64,000 bases of DNA, taken from the NCBI GenBank assembly GCA_002269645.1, contig NIVC01001128.1, forward strand, positions 1 through 64,000, read 5' to 3'. The notes under the pieces were generated by a model. That model worked only from the letters and a program-made list of their open reading frames with translations. It was not told the DNA's origin and did no database searches. Below are positions 23,901 to 36,400 of the stretch, piece by piece (position 1 is the stretch's first letter; each line of letters begins with the position of its first letter). Both the position numbers and the translations under genes were made by a program. Origin of the DNA: Macrostomum lignano (lineage: Eukaryota).

Positions 23901-26900
23901 AATTTATCTGACTTCTGTTAGTAAAACTTTAAAATTCAATTGGCCCCATGTGGGTTGTGCACCTTATTATGTAATCTATGCTCAAGTTTCAGTCCTGTTC
24001 GTATGGAATGTATGGTATAGCTCGGATAACATCCATCAGGTGTCGGGTCCTTTGAAATTTCACAATGGCAATGCTCCGGCCTGGTCAAGGTTTGCGTCTC
24101 TTCTCATCTCCTCTTTCCCTCTCCCTTCCTCTCCTCTCCGCCACTCCCCTCCTCTCCTCTCCGCCACTCCCCTCCTCTTTCCTCTCCGCTACTCCCCTCC
24201 TCTCCTCTCCGCCACTCTCCTCCTCTTTCTTCTCCCCTCCTCTTTCCTCTCCACCACTCCCCTCCTCTCCTCTCCGCCACTCCCCTCCTCTTTCCTCTCC
24301 GCCACTCCCCTCCTCTCCTCTCCGCCACTCCCCTCCTCTTTCCTCTCCGCCACTCCCCTCCTCTCCTCTCCGCCACTCCCCTCCTCTTTCCTCTCCCCTC
24401 CTCTTTCCTCTCCCCTCCTCTTTCCTCTCCCCTCCTCTTTCCTCTCCGCCACTCCCCTCCTCTCCTCTCCGCCACTCCCCTCCTCTTTCCTCTCCGCTAC
24501 TCCCCTCCTCTCCTCTCCGCCACTCTCCTCCTCTTTCTTCTCCCCTCCTCTTTCCTCTCCACCACTCCCCTCCTCTCCTCTCCGCCACTCCCCTCCTCTT
24601 TCCTCTCCGCCACTCCCCTCCTCTCCTCTCCGCCACTCCCCTCCTCTTTCCTCTCCGCCACTCCCCTCCTCTTTCCTCTCCGCCACTCCCCTCCTCTCCT
24701 CTCCGCCACTCCCCTCCTCTTTCCTCTCCCCTCCTCTTTCCTCTCCCCTCTTCTTTCCTCTCCCCTCCTCTTTCCTCTCCCCTCTTCTTTCCTTTCCGCC
24801 ACTCCCCTCCTCTCCTCTCCGCCACTCCCCTCCTCTTTCCTCTCCGCCACTCCCCTCCTCTTTCCTCTCCCCTCCTCTTTCCTCTCCGCCACTCCCCTCC
24901 CCTCCTCTCCGCCACTCCCCTCCTCTTTCCTCTCCCCTCCTCTTTCCTCTCCGCCACTCCCCTCCCCTCCTCTCCGCCACTCCCCTCCTCTCCTCTCCGC
25001 CACTCCCCTCCTCTTTCCTCTCCGCCACTCCCCTCCTCTTTCCTCTCCCCTCCTCTTTCCTCTCCACCACTCCCCTCCTCTCCTCTCCGCCACTCCCCTC
25101 CTCTTTCCTCTCCGCCACTCCCCTCCTCTCCTCTCCGCCACTCCCCTCCTCTTTCCTCTCCGCCACTCCCCTCCTCTCCTCTCCGCCACTCCCCTCCTCT
25201 TTCCTCTCCCCTCCTCTTTCCTCTCCGCCACTCCCCTCCTCTCCTCTCCGCTACTCCCCTCCTCTCCTCTTCCCCTCTCCCCTCCTCTCTTCTCTCCCAC
25301 CTCTCCCCTCCTCTCTCCTCTCCCCCTCTCCCCTCCTCTCTTCTCTCCCACCTCTCCCCTCCTCTATCTCCTGTTCCCTCCTCTATCTTTTCTCCCCTCT
25401 CCTCCCCTCCCTCTCCCTCTCCCCTCCTCTCTTTTTTCTCCTCTCCTCTCTTTTCTCTCCCCTCTTCCCTCTTCTCTCTTCTCTTGTATCTTCCCTCTCA
25501 TCTCGTATTCTTTCTCCTATCATCTTTCTCATCTCTTCACTTTTTATCTCTCTGTGATCTCTTTTCTCCTCTTATCTCCTCTTATCTCCTCTTTCATCTC
25601 TTTTCTCATCCAGTCTCTCATATCGTCTCTCTCTCGCCTCGCCACCATTCTCTCTTCTCGCATCTCTAATCTTCTCTTTCCTCTTTCTCTCTTCTGTGTT
25701 TCCTGTCGCAGCCATTAGCCGGGATTATTTATCTGGCGGGTGTTGAGACAGCAGCAACAGTCTATGGCTGGCCATATTGTTTTGCTTTCAGTCTTCGGTA
25801 TGCAAAGGTTAATCTGTAAACATGAGGCCTTCCTTCTTGTTTACTTTCGAGTTCAATTCCGCCAAGAAGCCTCGCAGATGCAGATGATGGACGCGCCAAG
25901 GGGGGGGGAGGATGCTTATAACACGATTGAAAGACAAAAAGCCTGACAGACAGACAGGAGTTCATCAGACCACGACTTATCAAACGTGGCGATCTTGTTG
26001 TACCTTCGTGCATTGTTGAAGCCCTGCTTTGCCTGTTGCCAGCGCCAGGACTGCAGCAGATTGTTGTGCAAAAAATGGAAGCAAAGTTTAAAAACTGAAG
26101 TGCGAACGACCATCTGTTTAAAAATATGCGACCGCGGTTGCTTTCGCGGAGATTTGGTAACTGCAGAAAAACTGTTCAACTGTCAAACAGGAAAACTAAT
26201 GAAGGAGTTCGGGATGCTGCATTTTGTATGCGAAGTAGTACGGATGCACTGCATTGGATCTCGGTAACTGCAGGATTGGAGCCTGGGGTGTTATCTGCCC
26301 CGACGCGATGGGTTACAGGCCAAGCACCGAGAGGCCATATATTTTCCTTTGCTACAGAAAGTTCCAGTGTCAGTCGGAATCTGCTTCCGCGAGGCTATCT
26401 GGAGCGTATATTATTCTAAATATATTCGCTAGTGTGTAATAATATTCATGACCGCCAATATTTTTTTTGGTTCTGATCCACTGGGTTGGGCACCATTTGA
26501 TGAACTTTTCATGGCTCTTAAAGTCTTGGCGAGAGGGAGGAGGAGGAGGGCGCAGCGCCCAACTAATAAACCAAACTGAGAGTCAGTAGGCCGCGGACGC
26601 CAAGGGGGCGCGCCTAAGTTGAGTCTTTTTGATTTCTCCTGTACGAAATGTCAGAAAATTTGTGCGAAATGAAATGTTAGATAAATATCACCAAACATTT
26701 AAAATTTGCATTGCAAAACTTGACCAGGCGCCAACTTAAAGTAAGAGGCGCCAAGTAAAAGTAAGAGGCGCCAAGTAAAAGTAAGAGGCGCCAAGTAAAA
26801 GTAAGGGGCGCCAACTAAAGGCAAGAGGCGCCAACTAAAAGTAAGAGGCGCCAAGTAAAAGTAAGAGGCGCCAAGTAAAAGTAAGAGGCGCCAAGTAAAA

Positions 26901-28501
26901 GTAAGGGGCGCCAACTAAAAGTAAAGGGCGCCAACTAAAAGCAAGAGGCGCCAACTAAAAGTAAGAGGCGCCAACTAAAAGTAAGAGGCGCCAAGTAAAA
27001 GTAAGAGGCGCCAACTAAAAGTAAGAGGCGCCAACTAAAAGTAAGGGGCGCCAACTAAAAGTAAGAGGCGCCAACTAAAAGTAAGGGGCGCCAATTAAAA
27101 GTAAGAGGCGCCAACTAAAATTAAGGGGCGCCAACTAAAAGTAAGGGGCGCCAATTAAAAGTAAGAGGCGCCAACTAAAATTAAGGGGCGCCAACTAAAA
27201 GTAAGAGGCGCCAAGTAAAAGTAAGAGGCGCCAAGTAAAAGTAAGAGGCGCCAAGTAAAAGTAAGAGGCGCCAAGTAAAAGTAAGAGGCGCCAACTATAA
27301 GTAAGAGGCGCCAACTAAAAGTAAGAGGCGCCAAGTAAAAGTAAGAGGCGCCAACTAAAAGTAAGAGGCGCCAACTAAAAGTAAGAGGCGCCAAGTAAAA
27401 GTAAGAGGCGCCAAGTAAAAGTAAGAGGCGCCAAGTAAAAGTAAGAGGCGCCAACTATAAGTAAGAGGCGCCAACTAAAAGTAAGAGGCGTCAAGTAAAA
27501 GTAAGGGGCGCCAAGTAAAAGTAAGAGGCGCCAAGTAAAAGTAAGGGACGCCAACTAAAAGTAAAGGGCGCCAACTAAAAGCAAGAGGCGCCAACTAAAA
27601 GCAAGAGGCGCCAATTAAAAGTAAGAGGCACCAACTAAAAGTAAGAGGCGCCAACTAATATTAAGGGGCGCCAACTAAAAGTAAGAGGCGCCAACTAAAA
27701 GTAAGAGGCGCCAACTAAAAGTAAGAGGCGCCAAGTAAAAGTAAGAGGCGCCAACTAAAAGTAAGGGGCGCCAACTAAAAGTAAGAGGCGCCAACTAAAA
27801 GTAAGAGGCGCCAAGTAAAAGTAAGAGGCGCCAAGTAAAAGTAAGAGGCGCCAACTAAAAGTAAGAGGCGCCAACTAAAAGTAAGAGGCGCCAAGTAAAA
27901 GTAAGAGGCGCCAACTAAAAGTAAGAGGCGCCAACTAAAAGTAAGAGGCGCCAAGTAAAAGTAAGAGGCGCCAACTAAAAGTAAGAGGCGCCAACTAAAA
28001 GTAAGAGGCGCCAACTAAAAGAGGCGCCAACTAAAAGAGGCGCCAACTAAAAGTAAGGGGGGCGCCAACTACGGGCGTATAAGTAAGTGGCACCAAGACG
28101 GAGTAAAGTGTGATGCCTAATCAAGTTGATTAAAGACTAAAAGAATTACCAGAATTGAGACAAGGAGCTCACAGTGGTTAACTAACCGAAAAACATGCTG
28201 TATAGTTTGAATCAATCCACATTGCTGTATTCTAAGAATTAATGATTTCTGTTATCTGGTTACAAGGGTTTCCTAAACTCTAGGAGCCTAAGTTTGCTCA
28301 ATTCATTATTGAATTTAGATTCTACAAACTGAATTAGTGGATCTGGACAGAGCGCCAGTTCCCTCAATACTAACAAGTTGATCGCAGTTAGTTAGGCCTC
28401 GACCCTTAACACACGCATGGCACTTACCACCAGTTTCCAAGGCAACCAGCAATGCAGTAGGCCGTAACTAAGCAACGTAGTAGCGCAAATCGAGCTCGCA
28501 T
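14239..28501 (-). CDS. WNT5: Wnt5 ligand, 4 exons (minus strand): 28501-28428, 22071-21806, 17731-17406, 14796-14239; 407 aa
   Basis: Signal peptide [25 protein letters not shown]; [18 protein letters not shown]; [13 protein letters not shown]; DWIWGGCGD; [12 protein letters not shown]; [16 protein letters not shown] (acylation Ser intact); [16 protein letters not shown]. These track vertebrate Wnt5a closely ([36 protein letters not shown]). Splice phases 2/1/0 are consistent. The subfamily call is from recalled motifs. Confidence 0.9.
14850..15270. repeat. 15-bp pyrimidine-rich minisatellite (CTCTCTCCTGTCTCC)n in Wnt5 intron 3
   Basis: Tandem copies. Confidence 0.9.
16010..17345. repeat. 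14-bp minisatellite (GGGTCAAGGATTGT/GATCGT)n in Wnt5 intron 3
   Basis: Long degenerate tandem array. Confidence 0.95.
17895..18790. repeat. 16-bp minisatellite (AGAAGCTACAAAGACC)n in Wnt5 intron 2
   Basis: Tandem copies. Confidence 0.95.
19625..20030. repeat. 12-bp minisatellite (TTTCTCCCTTCA)n
   Basis: Tandem copies. Confidence 0.9.
20850..20948. repeat. (CA)n/(GA)n microsatellite
   Basis: Direct observation. Confidence 0.95.
21200..21735. repeat. 46/36-bp GACA-rich minisatellite in Wnt5 intron 2
   Basis: CAGTCAGGTGACA recurs at 46-bp then 36-bp spacing. Confidence 0.9.
22205..22498 (+). mobile_element. tRNA-derived SINE, longer copy, in Wnt5 intron 1
   Basis: A box TAGCCTAGTGG, B box GGTTCGATTC, tRNA-Val-like head, a core resembling the Meta domain (TTGAGCAAGACGCTTAACTC...CACCCAGCTGTAAA), an (ATT)n tail, and a homologous second copy at 56919. 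Confidence 0.85.
24105..25700. repeat. Long C/T-rich degenerate tandem repeat (CCTCTCCGCCACTCCCCTCCTCT-type) in Wnt5 intron 1
   Basis: About 1.6 kb of near-pure polypyrimidine; the overlapping Pro/Ser/Leu and Arg/Gly/Glu ORFs are repeat artefacts. Confidence 0.95.
26725..28075. repeat. 20-bp minisatellite (AAGTAAGAGGCGCCAACTAA)n
   Basis: About 65 tandem copies. Confidence 0.95.
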
Positions 28502-29139
28502 GGCTTCGATGCTTCTCGAAATTCTAGGCAGCTTGAGGATAATTCAATAAGAAGGGCTGCTTTTAGAACTTAGCCTTGGCTATAGAGCGATGCTGTTGCA
28601 GCAGCCGCTGGGGCATAATCCGCTTGAGCGCAAAGTCTGGGCAAAGTTTACCTTTTTACCCTACACACGGAGAATAAGAGGGCAAGAGAGGTAACGGTAT
28701 AGTTCAGCTCAGGTCTTTTGACGGGTCTTTTGTCGGGTCGTCACACAGTTTTGATATCCGATTTCCGTTAGGCCAAACCTTCTTGACCGACTTCCTATTG
28801 TGCGTTAGCAACCGCGGAGCTGGGTTAAAAAAATTAATTTCTGCAGCTCTGAACTGCAGGCTTCAGAGAATCTCTGTAGAAGTTGAAGAGAACTGCCAAG
28901 CGGTAGCGCAAAGGCTTTGCTTTAGTAGCAGAGGACTCTGCAGCGCTCTGCTATTTGTCTAAAGCTCTAATTGGTTCCCGCTGGCAAGGGGCCAATGACC
29001 TGCTGGGAGGTCCTGCTTTGTAAATGTCTTTGTATGCCAATTAAAACTAAGCCCCACACCGCCTGTTGGCAGTAGTATGGGACGATATGCAAATGCGTGA
29101 CATTTTGGTCGCATAAAATCAAGGGCTTAGCTATAAACA

Positions 29140-29375
29140 TTGCAGTAGCTTTGGCGCCCCTTTGCAGTAGCTTTGGCGCCCCCTTGCAATAGCTTTAGCG
29201 CCCCTTTGCAGTAGATTTGGCGCCCCTTGTAGTAGCTTTGGCGCGCTCCCTTGCAGTAGCTTTGGCGCCCTTTTGGCAGTAGCTTTGGCGCCCCTTTGCA
29301 GTAGCTTTGGCGCCTCTTTGTAGTAGCTTTGGCACCCCTTGCAGTAGCTTTGGCGCCTCTTTCGCTGGCGCCGAA
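29140..29375. repeat. About 22-bp minisatellite (GCAGTAGCTTTGGCGCCCCTTT)n
   Basis: About 10 tandem copies. Confidence 0.9.
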
Positions 29376-29939
29376 TCATGTGAAATGGCGCCCCTTGTGC
29401 TGTCACCCATTGAGTGAAAATTTGCAACGCAAAAATAATTTTGCAGTTAGTAGATTCCATTAAAAAGTTGCTCACAATAATTTGTAAGGCTAATTAGTAT
29501 GCTTTAACTGAACATTAAACGGCAGTTTAATTTATTAAGTACTTTGTATTGCTTTATTCTATAATTCGTACACAAAAACCTGGCAGCAAGGACTACTTAA
29601 GAACACCTTAACTGGTAGTCCTTGACTGTAGCTAACTCGCTGTCTGTATTGCAAGACCAGTTAATGCTTTCCTCAAGCACATCACGTGCAGTACAATTAA
29701 TCAAAATTCGCTGCATGCAGAAGCAAGTAAAAAGCGTAGTACAAACTCTCAAACAATGAGATCTATTCTGATTCCTAATTAGGTTTTTTAAATTGTACCT
29801 AAGTGTGTGAAACCCCACATTTATTGTCATGGCATGCTACTCGTTATAATTGGGACAAACATGCATCATTTAGGCATATTTAGAATGCTTAAAACTTTGT
29901 TTTAGACACCTTTCTAGTACATGTACGTCTTTAGAAGGG

Positions 29940-30262
29940 CGCCAGCCCCAGGGGCGCCAGCACCAGGGGCGCCAGCACCAGGGGCGCCAGCACCAGGGGC
30001 GCCAGCACCAGGGGCGCCAGCACCAGGGGCGCCAGCACCAGGGGCGCCAGCACCAGGGGCGCCAGCACCAGGGGCGCCAGCACCAGGGGCGCCAGCACCA
30101 GGGGCGCCAGCACCAGGGGCGCCAGCACTAGGGGCGCCAGCACCAGGGGCGCCAGCACCAGGGGCGCCAGCACCAGGGGCGCCAGCACCAGGGGCGCCAG
30201 CACCAGGGGCGCCAGCACCAGGGGCGCCAGCACCAGGGGCGCCAGCACCAGGGGCGCTAGCA
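29940..30262. repeat. 15-bp minisatellite (GGGGCGCCAGCACCA)n
   Basis: About 21 almost perfect copies. Confidence 0.95.
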
Positions 30263-32373
30263 CCATGCCCGCTGTTGATGAACAAAGCAAAATTGCGCCA
30301 CTTTGACATGCACAACAAGGTTCTCTTACATATGTACTTGCACCCGCCATCGCCACACCATTCTTGCATGATAAAATTAAAGATAAATAACCTTTCTTGT
30401 GTCGTATATGTAAGTGCGCTGGCTTAGATACGCTGTAATTACTACTACATGTACATGTAAGTTATTAGCAAAGTAGTATATTATATGGCGCTTGAATTAA
30501 TACATGTGTAATGGTAAATAATAATAAATTGTGAAACACAGCATTGAATACAATGTAAATCTTTGTCAAACGTTTCGTGCTCATGCAACGCACTGGCAGG
30601 TCGCTTTACTTCTTCTCCAGATGGCTTCTTCGCCTCTTCCTCCTCGGCTTCGAAGAAGTGCTTCTTCTCCTCTCGCCTCAGTGCTCTCACAGTCCCAACT
30701 CGGCGCGCGAGAAGCACGTGTCGCTAATTCGGCCGGCGCCTGAAGGAGAGCTCTGCGATTTTTAGGTATTTTTTTACTTTTTTTTCGAATAACAGTTGTA
30801 TTTGTGTGGATTTGAAGACTTGAATGCATCAAATTTAAGTTTTGATCACCAAAATGGACCTGAAAAATCGCTCCTGACTCACCTGAAGTATCACTCTGAC
30901 TCACCTGAAGTAGACAGTGCAATCAAGCAGATGGGACGCCGTCTGCATGCATGTAAGTTTATATCGATAAAACTTATTTTAAGGCACAAATTCGTCTCAA
31001 AATACATTATCGATAACAGTTTCTGAAGGTAATTTTCAGCTTTTACCCTCTTAGCACTGCAAGTAAGTCGATAGACATGCAACTTCTGCCTATCAACTTT
31101 AGTCCGGACTTATAAAAGTCATTTGCCATGACAGTTAGTCTGTGTTCTGGTCTGAGCTGATCACAAGCAAATGAATATGAATTATATTAGTTTAACTTCG
31201 CTGCTTGGTCTGATCATATATTATTTTGTTTTCAAACTCTGCACATCAGCACATGTACAAGTGTATGTACGAAGTTTGGATGCCTTTTGTTGCTAAAATA
31301 ATCAAGTAAAACTCAATAAAACAATTGGTGGTGTCAGATTTATTTAATTTTAGACTCAAGTCATCTTTTTACTAGGCTAAAAGGATGCTAAACGCGGAAA
31401 TATGTTGTGTAGAGTACAGAGAGGCAAAACTGCAATTGAAATCGAAATACAGCTGCGAAAGGAGACAACTTTTACTCGCACAGTCTCCAAACTAATTCCG
31501 AGGAGGAAAAATAAAACAACTACTAATATATATTTCAGAAATATTGCAAGAAATGCACACTACTTGTAATTTTAAAAGCAACTATTTACAAAAAATAAAT
31601 AATTTTGTGTGAACTAAGATATTTCTGACTATTCGTTTATATTTTGCGTGTCAAGATTAATGCACTCTTTTGCTTTAAGAGTTCGCCAAATTAGCGCATG
31701 ACTTTTACTTTGAAAACGACATGTATTGTCTAGATTATCGTAATGTCCATTTATAATTATAAGTGAGTGTCAAAAACAACAATAATGCTTTTATTTAAAT
31801 AAATATGCATTTTACTTAGGATTGACTAGGTCTTAGAATAATTTTTAAACACAGATTTGGTATGACTCCATGGCATGAGCATAATTAAATTTTATAAATA
31901 TAATAATAGACAGCAGATAGGCCCTATTAAAAATAAATTAAAAAGTAATTTGAATTGAAATAATTAGGCCCTAGTTAAAAAGTAGTTAAAAATAGTTGTA
32001 ATGTTTGAAATAAAATAGGATTATTGATTAATTGATATCTTAATCTTAGACTTGACAAAAAATTAATCAAAGTTAGATTTTTCATTGATAGGCCTGTTTT
32101 TTATATAGTGCAGTAGAGACTTGATATGTACAAAGCATGCACAATGCAGTGATGCACTGATCTCCAGGGACTAGGCCTAGTATTTATTATTCAATGTGTA
32201 GCTTGCCTTAAGGCTTAAGCTATGCCTAAAGCCTACATAGGCTCTTATTTAATGTCCAGAGTGACAAGGCAGAGATGGGGCAAGTGGCAATCAAGGTGAG
32301 GCAGGCCCCAAAGCAATTTGGGGATGCATTGTTCAAGTGTATGGATTAGAATTGATTGATTACAATCACACAT

Positions 32374-32529
32374 GCGCAACCTTGGGAATCACTCGGCCGT
32401 TTCTATTGGCAACACACACATGTAAGTCGCTATTGGCTGAGAGCAGTCACGTGACTACTATTCTGTCCAATAGCGACTTACATGTGTGTGTTGTCAATAG
32501 AAACGGCCGGGTGAATCCCTAGGTTGCGC
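32374..32529. repeat. Long inverted repeat / MITE-like hairpin (63-bp arms, 30-nt spacer)
   Basis: The left arm GCGCAACCTTGGGAATCAC...GCTATTGG matches the reverse complement of the right arm with 4 mismatches. The spacer is centred on the palindrome GTCACGTGAC. Confidence 0.9.
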
Positions 32530-33462
32530 CCAAGCATGATTACAATTGATTAGAGAAATAAAAAAAATTTAAGTGGCATAAAAAAATGCCAAAATTTTGA
32601 GCAGCAGCAGCGCCTCTCACGCTGAGCTAAGCAACATATAGGCCCTAAATGCACACCGAGGGTTAGGGTGCTAGTCAGCACGGATGTACAGCGCGTAAAA
32701 CCAGTATGAGTACAAGGCAATAAAAAAGGGGGGCAGCAAGGCGGGTTGCTCGGCCATTAAAACCGGGTAAAGCCCACTTGCTTTACCCGCCCAAAATATT
32801 ATGCCTATTTGCCTAATCAAGGAAAAAGTAAATATTATATACTTAAACAGTCAAACTCAATCATATATATATATAATGATAGGCCTAATCCTAATAATAA
32901 AATAAAAAACACTGAAAAATATAGTGGCTATCTTTTGAACTTAGTCAGTGGCTCCTAAAGCCAAAGGCTATAATAAGTAAAGCCCACCAATGGGCTAAGA
33001 CTAAGAATATAAAGAAGCAAATAACATTATTAAATTTGTTAATAGTTCCACTATGGTGCTATTAGAATGGTGTCTAGTGTATATTAGAGTTGTTTTAGGT
33101 ATATACCAAGTATGCCAAAAAATAGAAATGTGACTATTAGAATATTAGATATATCCCAGCCAGTGTCAGGATTGTATACTATCGGAATGAAATTTGCTTC
33201 CTTAGCTCCTGTACGCCAATGTACGCCAACGGATTTACATCGCATACAAATATAGGCCAAGAAAATTTTTCACCCATAAAACTTTCCCATTGAAACAAGG
33301 TTTAGTATTCCTAAGGTTAATTTTTAATGGTAGTTAATTAACCTAAACTCGCTTTTTCGTAAGCTAAGCTGTGGCAAATTAATTAACCGAAAGTAATTTA
33401 TACTTTTGGTTAAATTACTTTAAATATTAGCCCTCATTTTCAACAAGTTTTCCCACTCCCAC

Positions 33463-36400
33463 TTATGTCAGCACAGCATTAGTTGTCAATATGTTCTGTG
33501 GCAATGCCGACAAAGTCGTACGCAATGTTAGATCCTTTTGCCAATCTACCACTTTGCTAACGATGTAGTGCATGGTGCGGCTAGAGATAAAGTACGGCAC
33601 GCGGTGCTTATGGATGCCTTGCTTCACATCGCCCCTAAAGTAGAGCTTCACCGCCTTGTCCAAGAACCGCTCGCAGGCGTCGCTACCTAGGGGAGGCAAC
33701 ATCCACTTCAGCTTAGTACGGCGCTCCAGGACCTTGTTGGTTTGCCCGCCATACTTTTTCTATGAGCGCATTGTTCCATAAAACAATTCAGCAACAGCCT
33801 CTATTGAGAGAATAAATAAATTTTTAAGTGGCACTTATTTGCATGCAGTATAAATATATGTACATGTAGTTTATTAAAATACATGTACAGATAACTACTA
33901 TATTGAATGGTTGAGCTTGTACATATAGCTCTACTGTTAATTTAAATTGGGACTTCTCTGATCTATACCAATCATGTCAAAGAAATATTCTCACTAGTAC
34001 CACTGCGATTAAGCGCAAAGTCAAGTAAGGCGCAAGCTGATTTCCCAGCACAACAGTACATAGAGGTGTTGGTTTAGAAGGACTTGAGGACAGCCTCCTC
34101 ATTTAGCGCAACCTCGACAACAGAGTTGTCTTCTTTTGTAACAGCCAGGCGCGTCTTGAAGTTGGCTGGAAGTCGCGGTGGGACAATACGAAGGCACTGA
34201 AAGGCGCCCTCAACGTGGGGTTTGAGCCAGCTGTCATGCCCTTCCCCAGAATAAAGAACCTGATTGAGATTTTGGATGTCATATTACAATTAGCTAAGGG
34301 TTAATTAAAGTCTTTTTTGAGAGACATCAGTTATATATTTTAAAGTCATCATAAAGTCCAGTCGGTCCAGTTTTTTATAAGTGCTTCAATTGTATTTTTA
34401 GTTAGAATACATCAACAACTGAAAAATGTACAATTTAAAAAGAAAATTCAAATCATTATGACTCAATGGGCACTCCTTGGCTAGAAAAAGGTTCTAATTG
34501 GTTGTTGGATTTCAATATTTCAATCGACATTGAAACATGCCCAATTTTTCATATTTTAGGCTATTTACATACAATTGACAAGGGCCAGTTCCGTGGTTTT
34601 GCCTGATACAATAGAAGAAGAACTCACGTGCTTGATCGCGTCAACAAAATCGACCACACACTTCTGCGACAGGAATGGCTCCAAGTCTTGCATGTGCAAA
34701 AACTTGTGCGCCTGCTGGACCAGCCACTCAGCAGCAGGCAAACGACAAACGCTCGACGTCCACCAGAGACGTGAGAGATGCCAGCGTGGCAACCACCATC
34801 AGCTGCTCCAGCGGCTGCCGATGGTCTCCTTGGATGCTGACCTTGGCAGAGCTCTTTTTCTTTGCAAAGGCCAGCGTCCAAAGACAATACCCTATGTGGT
34901 GTTTGTCCCTGCTAAAAGCACCGCAGCTAAACCTGACGTTATCCACCGGGTCCTACTGTATCTAAACCCCGACCTCCCTGCTAGTGGACTGGTGTATCAC
35001 CACAAAGTCCGCAGGGGGGAGATGGGCAACTCAATTGTCCTCGGCCTTTCCAATGCTTGGGCAAGTTGGTACCCTAATGGATCCTCTTTCTAGCTGGGTG
35101 CCCTCAAGCTCAAGATGCACCAAGGAAAGTCTGCTAAAGGAAAGGCTTCTGCCAACCCCGGCATCTCCGGCAAGAGTGGGGCGCAGTCTAAGGCCCAAGG
35201 AAAGGCGCAAGCCAATCCCAAAGCCAAAGCTGTATCTCGCCCCTCTGCTAGCAGCAGTTTGGCCACCATGGTAACCACTTTGGCCAAGCCCCGAGAACCA
35301 AACCTGCCAGCCAGAGGAAGAGTTGAGGACGAGGCTGGGTCTTCGGAATCTGAGCTCTCCTTGGCCACCCTGGTGGGGTCTGAAGGCAAAGATGCAGATG
35401 TGGAAGCTTCCTCCATCCTGTCATCGGAGCCCGAGGACTCTGCTGGGGGGGGGGGGGCTGGGGGGGGTGAGGAGGCCATGGACATCGACCAACTCCCATC
35501 TCCCAGTCAAGCCCCAATGGCCTAGGACGAGGACGATTTGCTGTCTAAGTCTCCTTGATGGCCTGGGGCTCTAGCTAGACAATTGCATTTAATACAGTAT
35601 GACTAAGCTCCACACTGCCAAAGGAGTGACATTCTGTCTGCAAATAAATCTACAGCATTGCGTATCTGCGTCAGTAAATCTAATGAAGATTGCTGAGCTG
35701 TATAGGCCAGGCCTCATCCTGATCCAGGAACCCTGGATGTGCAACAGTAAGTTGCTCAACATTCCCTCTGGCTACTCTGACTTTTATGTGTATGGCCTGG
35801 GGAACAACCACCCTAGAGTGGCTATCCTCGCTGCCAGCCATCTCCAGGCTTGGCTGAGGACTGATCTCTCTGATGGAGACCTCTGTGTCATCCAATCTAA
35901 TCATCTCTCTCCGCATATGTGTCTTGTTGCCTCGATTTATATCCCTGGCGACAGAGACCCTGCTCCTGAGAGTCTACTGCACCTTGCGCAATACTGCGAG
36001 TCCCAGAATGCTGAGCTGTGCTTGGAGGGCGACCTCAACGTGCACCACAAGCACTGGGGCAGCAAAGACACCAATACTAGAAGGGAGGAGCTTCTGGCCC
36101 TTATCTCTAACACAAACCTCATGCTCTGCAACCGCAGTAGCACTCCTACCTTTAACAATGGCAATGCAGATGGACTGAGGTCCTTGACGCCACACTCGTT
36201 ACCCCAAGACTCTTTGACAGAGTTAAGGAGTGGAGAGCCTGTCTGAGGAGCCCTCCCTGTCTGACCACTGCTTTATCGCCTTTAACATCGCGGACACTAA
36301 ACCCCAGTCCTCGATTACTTGGAGGTGTAACATCCGCAACACTGATTGGGCGGCCTAAAAGGCTACCTTTGATCTGCACCTGCAGGAACTCATGGACTTA

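Noticed and set aside
23893-25669. 534-554 aa Pro/Ser/Leu ORFs and antisense Arg/Gly/Glu ORFs
   Set aside because: They are translations of a C/T tandem repeat in Wnt5 intron 1; stops are absent for compositional reasons.
29914-30427. (GAP-GA)n / (PAPGA)n collagen- or elastin-like ORFs
   Set aside because: A 15-bp DNA repeat open in several frames, with almost no synonymous variation and no gene context.
32267-32290. CAGAGATGGG as a possible hAT terminal repeat
   Set aside because: No convincing reverse-complement partner or TSD was found on the other side of the transposase.
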